Positions 33,156 through 43,497 of a DNA stretch of 64,000 bases are shown here, piece after piece. The position numbers and the translations under genes are program-made. Positions within the stretch are counted from its first letter, which is position 1. Each line of letters starts with the position of its first letter. This stretch comes from Candidatus Moanibacter sp. (GTDB lineage: Bacteria; Verrucomicrobiota; Verrucomicrobiia; Opitutales; UBA2987): contig CBDCEW010000103.1 in assembly GCA_965215885.1 (NCBI GenBank), forward strand, positions 96,001 through 160,000, in the 5' to 3' direction. The notes below the pieces were generated by a model. It was not told where the DNA came from. It saw only the letters and a list, made by a program, of their open reading frames with translations, and did not search any database.

Positions 33156-35051
33156 ATGAACCGTCCAATCTTCAGTCTAAAGTCGATCTCCCTTGTCGCC
33201 ATTCTGTTGTTTTCAGCAAGTGGTCCGCTCTACGGGCAAGCACGAATTTGGGATGGCAGCACCGACAACGACTGGGATGACGGGACCAACTGGACACCGG
33301 CGAATATACCAAATACTACAGGAGAATTCGCCTTTTTTTCCGGTCTAACACCCGGTACTATCGACCTCAGCGACGGAGCCCCGGCCACCAATATCACCAC
33401 TGCTGGGATCCTCTTTAACACTACCAGCAACTACACCATCAACCCCGGAGGAAACGCCGCTAACTCCCTCACCTTCGACTCAACCTTAGGCTTTCTCGGA
33501 GGTCTTCCCTTTATCATTACCATCAATACAGGCGCCCAAACCGTTAACGCAGACATGATTCTCAATGAAACGCTTATCGCCGCCAATCTCGCCTCCGCAA
33601 ATCTGACTTTAGCAGGCGACATTTCTGGCGCTGGTGGCCTCACCGCGATCAACGTAACGCCTGCCATACTCTCAGGTAATAACTCTTATGCAGGAACCAC
33701 TTCCGTACTCGCCGGCACCGTCATCCTTAATTCCTCCGGAACCGCCGTGCCGGGAAGCCTTACCCTCGGTGACGGCGTGGGTGGAGCCGGCGCGGACATC
33801 GTTCAGCTTTCAGCAAGTGATCAGATTGCCAATACATCCGCTGTCACCATCGCCTCCAGCGGGCGCCTCGACCTCAATAATTTCAATGACACGATCGGCT
33901 CACTTGCCAGCGCCTCCGCCACCTCACAGGTCTTTCTCGGCTCCGGAACACTTACAGCAAGTGATGCTACAAGCACCACTTTCGCCGGAGTGATTTCTGA
34001 GACTGGTAATCTCATCAAACAGGGTGCAGGCACGCTCACCCTCTCAAACGCGAATACTTACACTGGAACAACCACCGTGTCCGCGGGCACTCTCGAGATT
34101 CAAAATGCCACCGGCCTCGGCACCGCTGCCTCGGGCACAACCGTCCAGTCCGGAGCCAGTTTGGAACTCGCCCTCCCTGCGGGGTTTAATGGCATTGCCG
34201 AATCGATAACACTTAACGGTACCGGCGCAGGGGCAACAGGCGCCCTCATCAACACGAGCGGCGCGAATATCCTGACCGGCACGACCACCATCGCGTCAGA
34301 TTCTCTCGTGGTCGACGGTGCTGCTGCTGCCCTGATCTTCGTCGGGAATGTGAATCTCGGTGCCAACACATTGACGATCCAGGAGAATAACGTCGGGGGC
34401 ACCTTCGTCGGCAGTGTCATCTCCGGCTCAGGAGGAATAGTCAAGACCGGAGCGGGCACCTGGTTTATGAATGGCACCGCCTCCAACACCTACACCGGAG
34501 ATACTACAGTCAACGCCGGAACCATGAGCCTGGGAAAGACCGCCGGCCTCGACGCGATTTCCGGCGCAAACATCAATCTGAACGCCGGCACCCTCCTCCT
34601 CGCCGCTGACAATCAGATCGCCAATGCGACCAATATGAATCTCAATGGCGGCACTTTCAGCACCGCCGGCTTCGACGAATCCCTCGCCACCCTTACGCTC
34701 AACGCCACTTCTACCATCGATGTCGGCGCCGGAGGGAGCATCATCAATTATACCAGCGGCACATACAGCGCAGGCCAGCTCAATGTCACCAGCTGGGCCG
34801 GTTCTTTCAGTGGCGGCGGTTCCGATCAGATTATCTTTGGCAGCAGTCTCACTCAGACCTTTCTGGACAACGTGGTCTGGACCGACCAGGGCATAACCGG
34901 CGCCTTTCAACTTCCCTCCGGCGAAATCGTCCCCATCCCCGAACCTGCCACCATCTTCAGTGGAGCCCTTCTTATCGGTCTCATCGGCATCGACTTCTAC
35001 CGCCGCCGCAAGAAGTCGAAGGGATCAGAGCTTATCGATCCCGAAAGCTGA
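33156..35051 (+). CDS. PEP-CTERM surface protein with autotransporter-associated beta-strand repeats (paralog)
   Basis: Same repeats and a near-identical C-terminus with the PEP-CTERM signal. Confidence 0.92.
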   Translation: MNRPIFSLKSISLVAILLFSASGPLYGQARIWDGSTDNDWDDGTNWTPANIPNTTGEFAFFSGLTPGTIDLSDGAPATNITTAGILFNTTSNYTINPGGNAANSLTFDSTLGFLGGLPFIITINTGAQTVNADMILNETLIAANLASANLTLAGDISGAGGLTAINVTPAILSGNNSYAGTTSVLAGTVILNSSGTAVPGSLTLGDGVGGAGADIVQLSASDQIANTSAVTIASSGRLDLNNFNDTIGSLASASATSQVFLGSGTLTASDATSTTFAGVISETGNLIKQGAGTLTLSNANTYTGTTTVSAGTLEIQNATGLGTAASGTTVQSGASLELALPAGFNGIAESITLNGTGAGATGALINTSGANILTGTTTIASDSLVVDGAAAALIFVGNVNLGANTLTIQENNVGGTFVGSVISGSGGIVKTGAGTWFMNGTASNTYTGDTTVNAGTMSLGKTAGLDAISGANINLNAGTLLLAADNQIANATNMNLNGGTFSTAGFDESLATLTLNATSTIDVGAGGSIINYTSGTYSAGQLNVTSWAGSFSGGGSDQIIFGSSLTQTFLDNVVWTDQGITGAFQLPSGEIVPIPEPATIFSGALLIGLIGIDFYRRRKKSKGSELIDPES

Positions 35052-35483
35052 AAGCCAGGAATATGAAACTGAATTTTGGTGGAAGAGGGTTCCAATAATG
35101 CTCGTCTCGAATCCGTGAGAACGACCGTCCGGCCACTGTCCACTGATTACTTCCCCTCTTCCCTTTGCGACTTTGCGGCTTCTCGACAGGGCGTAGTGAC
35201 GCTTGCGGGTCGAAGACCGTTGCGTGAGAATTCTTTCCTCTTTCTCTCCGTTTTCCTCTGTTTCTCCCGGCGCGCCGGGATTCAACGTTCTTGATCCGTT
35301 GCCAATCCTTCTTCATTGATTCCGCAGTTTTCCCTGGCACGGCGCAGCGCAGCGAAGACGGCTCGAATCCGTGGTCATTTCTTCTTCATCCGCGTGCATC
35401 TGCGGTTCTCTTCTTCTTTTTTGGTTGCCCGTTCGAGAGCCTCAGGGGCGTGAGTCTGTCGCAGGACGGCTACGCTGCGCTAG

Positions 35484-36320
35484 CCCGGACATTTCACACA
35501 CTTCGTAGCGAGACGGCGTAGATCGCTGCGTGTCAATGCCTTTCCGAAGCACGGCAGGCGACAGTGTGTTAAGACCCTCTGAGGTCGCCGGGCAAGGGAA
35601 GGCATTGACACGCGGTGAGATCCGTCGTCGTAGAAGCAGATTTGGTCGCGGTAGGAATCCCCGTCGCCGGGGACCCCCCGCACAGATCCCGGCGAGCGGA
35701 ATTACCGCACCGGGCTCCTCCCTCGGGTATTAACGCGCAAGCGTACTGTGCCGCTCGCCGTATCCTCGCCTGCGCTTGTGACAAGCTTTCCCGGTCCTGT
35801 GTCCGGCGGTTGGTTTGCTCTTGAGGATTCCCCTTGGGCAGGTCCCTTTCCTCCAGCGACTCCGCCAACAGTGCCGCAGCACCATCTTTGTTCGCCGCCT
35901 TCTTCGGTACTACGGACCTGTCCGACTGCCGTGGACCGTTCATCACCGCATTACTCCTTGGATTCGCGGTGCCGACAACGCTGCTTTGCGCTGCCAGCCC
36001 TCGGCTCTCCCGATTCCCGCTCAGTAAGCTTCCTTGCATGCCCCGCTCTCCGACCGCGCAGAGGCCGGACGGCTCTTCGTCTTTGCGACCCGTCCGATTT
36101 TGCCTTCCCCATATTTCAAGAAGGTCGGCCCTCCAAACCTTGCCCAACTTTCGCGGCTCAATCACCCAGCCTGCATCTTCCCCTGTCAACGCTTGCAGCA
36201 TACCCTCTCAGATATACCGCCATGACTCGGGGCCAGTACGATTGGCTAGTTCTTTACTGTATGACTCTTTCATTCACTACTTACTGCCGGTTTTAATCGG
36301 CGCTGTCTGAAATGTTCGGG
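35484..36320 (+). mobile_element. ~174-bp MITE, copy 5, split by a group II intron (35484..35644 + 36308..36320)
   Basis: CTAG on both outer flanks; removing 35645..36307 restores a normal copy. Confidence 0.88.
35645..36307 (-). ncRNA. Group II intron with internally deleted RT/maturase ORF (663 nt)
   Basis: Domain V GAGCCCGGTGCGGTAATTCCGCTCGCCGGGATC and domain VI ending CCTACCGCGAC. The 5' region has GGCCCCGAGTCATG...GCGTTGACAGGGG...TTGAGCCGCGAAA. IEP N-terminal (QSDRSVVPKK...KGN...RTQ) and C-terminal (RLRVNTRGRSPVR*) stubs remain. Confidence 0.9.
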
Positions 36321-36402
36321 CTAGGCTTCTCAGTCATCTCTCCTGCCCTGAGCCCCGTCGAAGGGGTGGCCCCTCTTCTCTTCACTTCTCGTATCGTCTT
36401 TC

Positions 36403-37155
36403 TCACGTAAAATTATACTCCCTGCGCAGCACCAGCGCGTGATCGCTACCGCGCAGCACCGCATAGTCGACTTCTACCACCTCTCCATTGATTCCGCAGT
36501 ACCGCAATTCAGTGAGGAGGCGCTCCAGATTGGCGTAGGTCCTGCCCTCCATGTCGACCAGCGGATAGATCCTGACTTCTCCACAGCACACCCTGCACAG
36601 CTCACGGCAGGCCGAATAGTGAAAGGCGTAATCCAACCGGTCCGCATAGAGGAAAAGGAAATGGGCGCACAGAACCAGTTCAAACGCGTTGTTCTTCAAC
36701 GGCAAACGGGGAAGCGTTCCGTTCAGATATCGACCACTGGCGCGCCCCGCTATGTAGTCGCGTTCAAACTCCTCCAACGCAAGGAGCCGCGCTTTCCGTA
36801 GATTCTCAACGCTGTCACAACCGTTCAGCTCAAAGAGCTCAGGTCTTTCTTTGACACGATCAATCGCTTCCGCAATGTCAAGCCGAGCTATTTCCCTCAG
36901 CGCGCCAGCCTGGCGCCCATAGAGCGGATCGACGCCAACCGCTCTGACGTTGCGGCGCATCGCTTCCGCCGTAAATGACGCCGCTCCGGCCGCGCAATCG
37001 AGCACTCGTTTCCCCCTGAAACCCTCGATCTTGAAATCCAGAAACCGTTCGTACTCGGCAAGCGTCCGGCCGAGAATGGCTACCGCTCGCGGCAGTCCCT
37101 CGGCCGGATCGAATCGCTTCTCAATCTGGGCATTCATTTTCTCTTTAGTCTTCAT
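36403..37155 (-). CDS. Class I SAM-dependent methyltransferase-like protein
   Basis: VLDCAAGAASF, GVDPLY, LPLKNNAFELVLCAHFLFLY, EVRIYP. Confidence 0.85.
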   Translation of the reverse strand: MKTKEKMNAQIEKRFDPAEGLPRAVAILGRTLAEYERFLDFKIEGFRGKRVLDCAAGAASFTAEAMRRNVRAVGVDPLYGRQAGALREIARLDIAEAIDRVKERPELFELNGCDSVENLRKARLLALEEFERDYIAGRASGRYLNGTLPRLPLKNNAFELVLCAHFLFLYADRLDYAFHYSACRELCRVCCGEVRIYPLVDMEGRTYANLERLLTELRYCGINGEVVEVDYAVLRGSDHALVLRREYNFT

Positions 37156-37171
37156 GTTTCCTGTCTAGTTA

Positions 37172-39088
37172 GACCTTATCCGAAAAGCTACTGATTGGCC
37201 GCAAAGAGGCGCAAAAGGCGCAAGAAAAACTTGAGAAAAATCATTTTTTGGCTTGATAAAAAGTGTCGCAACATGCTAGTGTTTAACAACCTAAGATTAA
37301 GAAAGGAGTTAAACATGCCAACATGTGCGACAGAGGAGAACAAAAGCGATAAGACGCCCCTTAGCAACCTCATTCTGCCGGTTCCAGACACGGATTTCCG
37401 TGATTTTCTGGATGAAGTTGAAGAATTGGCCGGGTTCGCGGCGCAAATCATCGAGGCGATCGAGAAGGATCTGGACGCCCATGCGCGTGAGAAGAAGAAA
37501 CTTCGATTGGAAGATCGCAGGTTCTTTGAAGGGCGCACAGCGGAGCTGCCGGAGCTGGACATCGAGGAGGAGAATATTCTGGCTGCTGAATTGAATCTTG
37601 GGGCAGGCCGGCCGCGGATGCCGGCTTATGCGGTATACGTGTTCGTGATGATTCGAGGGTTTCTGGGTTCGTTGACCACGAAACCGGCACGGCGGTTTGT
37701 GCGCGAGTCGATGAGCTTGTACGGATTTTTGCAGAGCGGGGGACTGAGAATGCCGGCGGTGACGACGATTCTGGAGAACGTGAACCTGGTCAGCCATACG
37801 ACCCGCGAGTTGATCTTTGATAAACAGATTGGGTTTATCCTCCAGGAGCAATGGGACGATTTCGGGAAGCTGACGATCGACAGCACCTCGGTGAAAGCAA
37901 ACAGCTGCTGGCCCACCGATGGGAAGATTCTGAGCGGTCTTTTGATGCGGGCCAATCGTTTGGGTCAGAAGTTGCATGTCTTCGGGCTGGAGGATTTTCG
38001 CAAGGGATGGGTTGGGCGTTGGCTGGAGGAAATGGACAAGCTGGAGTTTCAGATTTGTCTGGCCGCGGGCAAACCGAAGTCGAAGGGCAAGCTGAAGAAA
38101 CACTACCGGCGGTTGCTCAAGCGGGGCCGCAAGGCGGCCGACTCACTAACGGGGGAACTGAGCCATCTTGAAGAGGGCCTGTCGATGGATTCACTGCCTC
38201 CCACTCGCCGGGAGCTTCTGGAGCGGGCATTGAGCCAGATCAGGGGCGATATTGCCGACGCCAAGCGGGTTGTTGAGTATGCTCATGATCGGGTGTTTCA
38301 CGAAAAGAAGCTACCGTCCACACAGAAGGTCCTGAGCCTCTCGGACGGATCGGCGGCCTACATCAAGAAGGGCAGCCGCAATCCAGTGATCGGGTACAAG
38401 CCACAACTGGTTCGCAGCGAAAACGGTTTTGTCACCAGCCTGATCGTACCGCAAGGCAACGCGGCAGACTCCATTGAGCTGGCGCCGGCCATCGGCGATT
38501 CGATCAAGCGCACCGGTGTCATTGCTGAACTGGTCAGCACCGATGACGGATATGCTTCGGCGAAGGGACGCAAGGAGGTGCTGAGCATGGGGGTAAAGCA
38601 GATCAGTATCAGTGGGGCGAAGGGCAAGAAGTTGACCACCCCCGAGGACTGGGAGAGCGAGGCGTATCGCGAGGCACGCCGCGATCGCTCCGCAGTGGAG
38701 TCGCTGATGTTCACGATTAAAGATGGATTTGCCTTTGGCGAACTCGGCCGCCGCGGCATCGATGCGGTAGGCGATGAACTGCTCGAGAAGGTTCTGGCCT
38801 ACAACTTCTGCCGCATCATACTGATGAAGAAACGCCGAGGGGAGGAACTGGAACAGGCAGCCTGAATCTGACCGCTTTGAAGCTCAGAGAAAAAAGCACC
38901 ACGGGATGAGTATGCCTCCAGACAGCGGCAAATATACGTATTGTGCAGCAAGCCACGCCGATGGCCGCTCAATACCTGCTCATCGGCAGCGCCGGCAGCC
39001 TAAAACCCGAAACCTGCCAGCCATAGGCTGGTCCGCCCGTGGCGGAGAACCTTAAACCGCCCGCTCGAAAGGCTTTTCGAATGGGGTC
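37172..39088 (+). mobile_element. IS5/IS1182-like insertion sequence, copy C (transposase 37315..38865)
   Basis: 6-bp TSD TAGTTA; inserted 16 bp upstream of the methyltransferase start. Confidence 0.95.
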
Positions 39089-39161
39089 TAGTTAGAGTTC
39101 CTCTTTCCCTACGGCATTCCGTATATTTTGCTGCCATTCCCAGCGCTCCCGATTTTTTCAA

Positions 39162-39188
39162 CAAAAAAGCCGGACTCACTTAGTCCGG
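39162..39188 (-). terminator. Rho-independent terminator
   Basis: Minus strand reads GCCGGACT-AAGTG-AGTCCGGC-TTTTTT. Confidence 0.75.
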
Positions 39189-39427
39189 CTCACGCGATGG
39201 TTCCTTTGATACGGTTTGCTGGTATGGCTTTTACCTGAAACAACAAACCCGCCATCGGCGAGCCTTTCCAAAATACCAGAACCAGAACGCAAAAATACCA
39301 GAACCGGTCGGTTTACTAACCGCCGGCGTGTACTTACAGGATGTCTGCCTACCTTCATTTCAATCGATCTTATCTATCCTTATTCCGAAATCACGCAAGC
39401 TAATTCTACGACCTGCGAATGCACCTC

Positions 39428-41321
39428 CAGGGTAAAAGGATTCCAGGAAGCAACTAGCTGATAAGCAAGAAGATAAAAAAAGAGCTAAACAAACCCGAGG
39501 GAATCAGTCATGTTAAGATGGGATGAAAGACAAAAAATCTTACCAACTGAATCCTTCGATAGATCGTTTAACTCTGCGTCTGGTCCTGCCCGAAGAGCAG
39601 GAGCGATTCAATGATCTATTGAAACAACATCATTATTTACACAGTGCGGGCAGCGCAGGAGAGACCCTGCGCTATGTGGCGCAGATCGACGGGCAATGGA
39701 TGGGCCTGCTCTTGTGGGGGGCCGCATCCTACCGGCTGAAGGATCGAGACGAATGGATCGGGTGGGACGGGGCGCAACGGCATGCACGATTGAAACTGGT
39801 AGTACAGAACCGGCGTTTTCTGATTTTGCCCGGGGTGGATCTTGCAAATTTGGCCTCCAAGACGTTGGGTATGTGCCTGAGAGTCTTAGCCGATCACTGG
39901 CAGGAGGCTTTTGGCTATCGTCCCTTAGTAGCGGAAACGTTCGTGGACCCACAGATTCACCGGGGCACTTGCTACGAAGCGAGCGGGTGGACGCCCTTGG
40001 GCTTGAGCGCGGGATATGGCCGCCAACGCGAAGATTTCTATCAACGCCATGAGCGTCCCAAGCAGATCTGGGTCAAACCCCTCAAGGCTAATGCCCTTGA
40101 GCTTTTGCGCGCTTCAGGGCCATTGCCCGCGGCACAGAGCCAGGCGCTCAATGAAACCGATAACTCCCATGCGGTCTGCCTCAAAGTGGAACAGATGAGC
40201 AGCCTGTGGGAACGCTTCAATCAGATAGAAGACTTCCGTCGTAAAGCGGGCCTTAGATATCGGCTCGCCACGGTCCTGAGCATGATTGTGCTCGGCACGA
40301 TGTGCGGCAAACAGACCCTCAAGGGCATCGTGCGCCTGGCCCATCATCTCAATCAAGCCCAATTGCGCGCCTTACGCTCCTGGAAAAACCCCAAAACAGG
40401 CCGCTATAAGGCCCCTTGCTATGATGTCTTCTATCGGGTCTTGCAAAACGTAAAGGCCGAGCTCTTCGATAAAACCCTCACCGAATTCATCTGCTTACAA
40501 GACGGCTGTTTGCCCCGCGATATTGCCGTCGACGGCAAGACCCTCAAAGGCACAAACACCGAAGAATCAAAGGCTCTGCACCTGGTGGCCGCAGTCGATC
40601 ACCAAAGCGCTCAAACCTTAGCCCAAGTCGCTACCGCCGATAAATCCAACGAGATCACCGCCGCCCAGACTCTCTTGCGAAAGATGCCCATTTTGGACGG
40701 CTCCACCTTCACCTTCGACGCCATGCATAATCAAAAAGAAACTGCCCACATCGTCGTCGAAGAACTCAGTGCTGACTATGTTATTCAAATTAAAGACAAT
40801 CAGCCCAACATGCATCAATACGCTCAGAATCTCTTCAGCTCCACCCCCTTTTTCTCCACCAAACCGTGGACAATGACCATGGGCGACTCGAAATACGTCA
40901 AATAGCAACCCATTCTCTAAGCGCTCCCTCTGCCGGCCTGCCCCATGCCCGCCAGTTCGCCTGTGTGCAACGCACCTTCCATTATCCAAACAAAGCTGAA
41001 CCTTCCTCTGAACGCTCTTACTACGTAAGCAGTCTCGATCCCGCCGATTTGAGCCCTCAACAGTTCCTCTCGAAAATTCGCAACCATTGGTCGATCGAAA
41101 ATAAAAATCATTACCCCAGGGATCGCTTCTTCGATGAAGATCGATGTATGATCCGTAATCATAACGCAGCCAGAATTCTTGCTGCATGCAGGCAACTGGT
41201 TCTCAGCCTCAAGTCTTCCATGGGCGCTGAATCCACTCCCGCACTCTGTGATGATTTCGTCTTTAACTTACATAAGGCCATCAATATCATCACCTAATGC
41301 TCCGAGAATCAAAATACCGTG
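39428..41321 (+). mobile_element. ISAs1-family element, copy 3 (intact, 1894 bp)
   Basis: TIRs plus a 10-bp TSD AATGCACCTC. Confidence 0.96.
39523..41297 (+). CDS. DUF4338(DruA-like)-ISAs1 fusion transposase, two ORFs joined by a probable -1 frameshift at CCCCCTTTTT (~40844..40853)
   Basis: N-terminus has HHYL...RFLILP...NLAS...ETFVDP...GTCYxAxxW. ISAs1 motifs AVDGKTLKG, KSNEI, DAMH, IKDNQP follow, with RNHWSIEN in the second ORF. Confidence 0.85.
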
Positions 41322-41759
41322 AATGCACCTCCGACCACTCCTAATCGTAATCGTCATCGATCTCGAAAAAGGGCTAACCGACCATCGACTGCGACCAGGA
41401 CCCGAGAGTGGACCTCCAACCAATCCTAATCGTCGTCTTAAGGCAGCCTTCGCCCGCAACCAAACTGGAAGTCCGATAAGAAAGAAGAGGGGTCACAGAG
41501 CGACACAGAGAAGCACAGAGGCACACAGAGATGACATAGCTGGACGATGTCAGTGCGAAATTACGATTGTGCTTTGCTTCGGGAAGGGGTTCAAGCCCCA
41601 GTGACACCGACTCCGCATCAACCATCGCATCGATAGCAATAGATCAATAAATCCCGAAGTCGACTCCTCCCAACTTTCTATACCTCCAATTACCATTCTC
41701 GGTGGTGCTCTGTACTACTAACTCGAAATTGCTTGTTTTCTTAAGAAGAAATTTTCGAA

Positions 41760-43078
41760 CACTACTGTCCGGTTGTTTTTCTAGGAACGCAGGTTAATCG
41801 ATTGATAACCAACATTTTACATATGATTTCTGCTGTTTTCGACTTGAAATTGCAAAAAGCCTTGTGGACTCTCAAAAATTTCGAGGGTCCAAATCATGTA
41901 TACAGGTCGATTCGTTTTTTCTCAAATCATAGATTATCTTCCGCGCCATCAGTTCCATCGTTGCGTCCAACGCTACGGAGGCGACTACAAAGTTCAAAAG
42001 TTCAGTTGCTTCGAACAATTTCTCTGCATGGGTTTTGCCGAGTTGACCTACCGGGAGAGTCTGCGCGACATCGAAACCTGCCTGCGGGCAGTACAACCAA
42101 AACTATACCACGCAGGGATTCGAAGCGGAGTATCCAAAAGCACGCTCGCCGATGCCAACGAGAAACGAGACTGGCGCAGCTACGCCGACTTTGCACAGGT
42201 CCTCATCGCAATGGCTCGTCCTTTGTATTCAAACGAGGATCTGGGCATCGACCTGGACAATACGCTCTACGCTCTGGACTCCACCACGATCGATCTATGT
42301 CTATCACTCTTCCCGTGGGCACGTTTCCGCAAGCACAAGGGGGCGGTGAAGGTCCATACGCTTCTCGATCTCAGAGGCTCTATCCCTTATTTTATCGAGA
42401 TTACCGATGGAAAAGTTCACGACGTAAACATTCTGGATCTCATCATCCCCGAGGCCGGTGCTTACTATGTAATGGACCGAGCCTATCTGCATTACGAGCG
42501 CCTCTATCGGATCGCACAATGCGGTTCTTTCTTCGTCACACGCGCCCGCCGCGGCTTTCAGTTTCGCCGCCTCTACTCTCAAAAGGTCGACAAATCAACC
42601 GGTCTGCGTTCGGACCAGACCGTTGCCCTGGTCAGCTTCTATCCTGCCAAGGCCTACCCCGAAAGACTCCGGCGTATCACTTACCTCGACCCCGACAGTT
42701 CCGAGCGCTTCGTGTTTCTCACCAACCAGTTTGCCCTCCCAGCCATAATCATCACCCAGATTTACCGTTTACGCTGGCAGATCGAATTGTTCTTCAAATG
42801 GATCAAACAGCACTTGCGCATCAAGAGCTTTTTCGGCACCTCCGAGAATGCTGTGAAGACTCAAATCTGGATTGCCGTCAGCGTCTATGTGCTCATCGCC
42901 ATCATCCGCAAACGCCTTCGCCTGGAGATCAGTTTGCACAAAATCCTACAGATTCTCAGCTTCACCCTATTTGAGAAAACTCCTATGACTGAACTACTTA
43001 CAGAAACCGATTACACTTTCAATGAACACCGCATTCCTAAACAGTTGGAGTTGTTTGACTTATAACCGGACAGTACTG
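41760..43078 (+). mobile_element. IS4-family element, copy 3 (transposase 41896..43065)
   Basis: TIRs and a 9-bp TSD ATTTTCGAA. Confidence 0.96.
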
Positions 43079-43497
43079 ATTTTCGAACCGAAAATATAAC
43101 CCGTTGATGTTCAAGAAATATCGTTCTGCTCCTCAGGAAAGAATGTTTCGCTTAGAAAACTTAGTTTTATGAACACATTTTGGAGTATAAGCGGCTGGAT
43201 TTCACAGTATTGCGGTCGAAACTATGGCTGAGACCGAACATCGAACATTCAACATCGAACTTCGAACACCGAAGGTCCCTACTTCGATGTTGGACGTTGG
43301 ACGTTCGATGTTGGACGTTGATCATATCCGCGGCGTTCTCGAATCCGTGGTCAATTCTTCTTTATTCGCGTCCATTCGCGTGCATCCGCGGTTCTCTTCT
43401 TCTTTTTTGGTTGCGGCTACGCTGCGCTAGGTCATCCGTGGTCAATTCAGTCTTCATGCTTCCTCCCGCCCTAAATATTGTTTTATCTGGCAGCCTC

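Noticed and set aside
29089..36307. Diversity-generating retroelement (repeat-bearing genes next to an RT remnant)
   Set aside because: The RT remnant belongs to a group II intron, and the paralog differences are not adenine-specific TR/VR changes.
35569..36310. ORFs of 158-210 aa across the intron
   Set aside because: Translations of structured intron RNA. Only short IEP stubs are real, and no RT (YADD) domain remains.
39523..40150. Druantia defence system
   Set aside because: The DUF4338 domain lies inside an IS with TIRs and a TSD, and there is no DruE helicase or other dru gene.
41802..42974. 390-455-aa same-strand alternate-frame ORF over each IS4 transposase
   Set aside because: Arg/Pro/Ser-rich shadow frame with no motifs. 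It recurs only because the copies are near-identical.
43180..43497. N-terminal extension of the SGNH protein in the ORF track
   Set aside because: It is composed of repeat DNA. The ATG at 43498 before the TM helix is more plausible.
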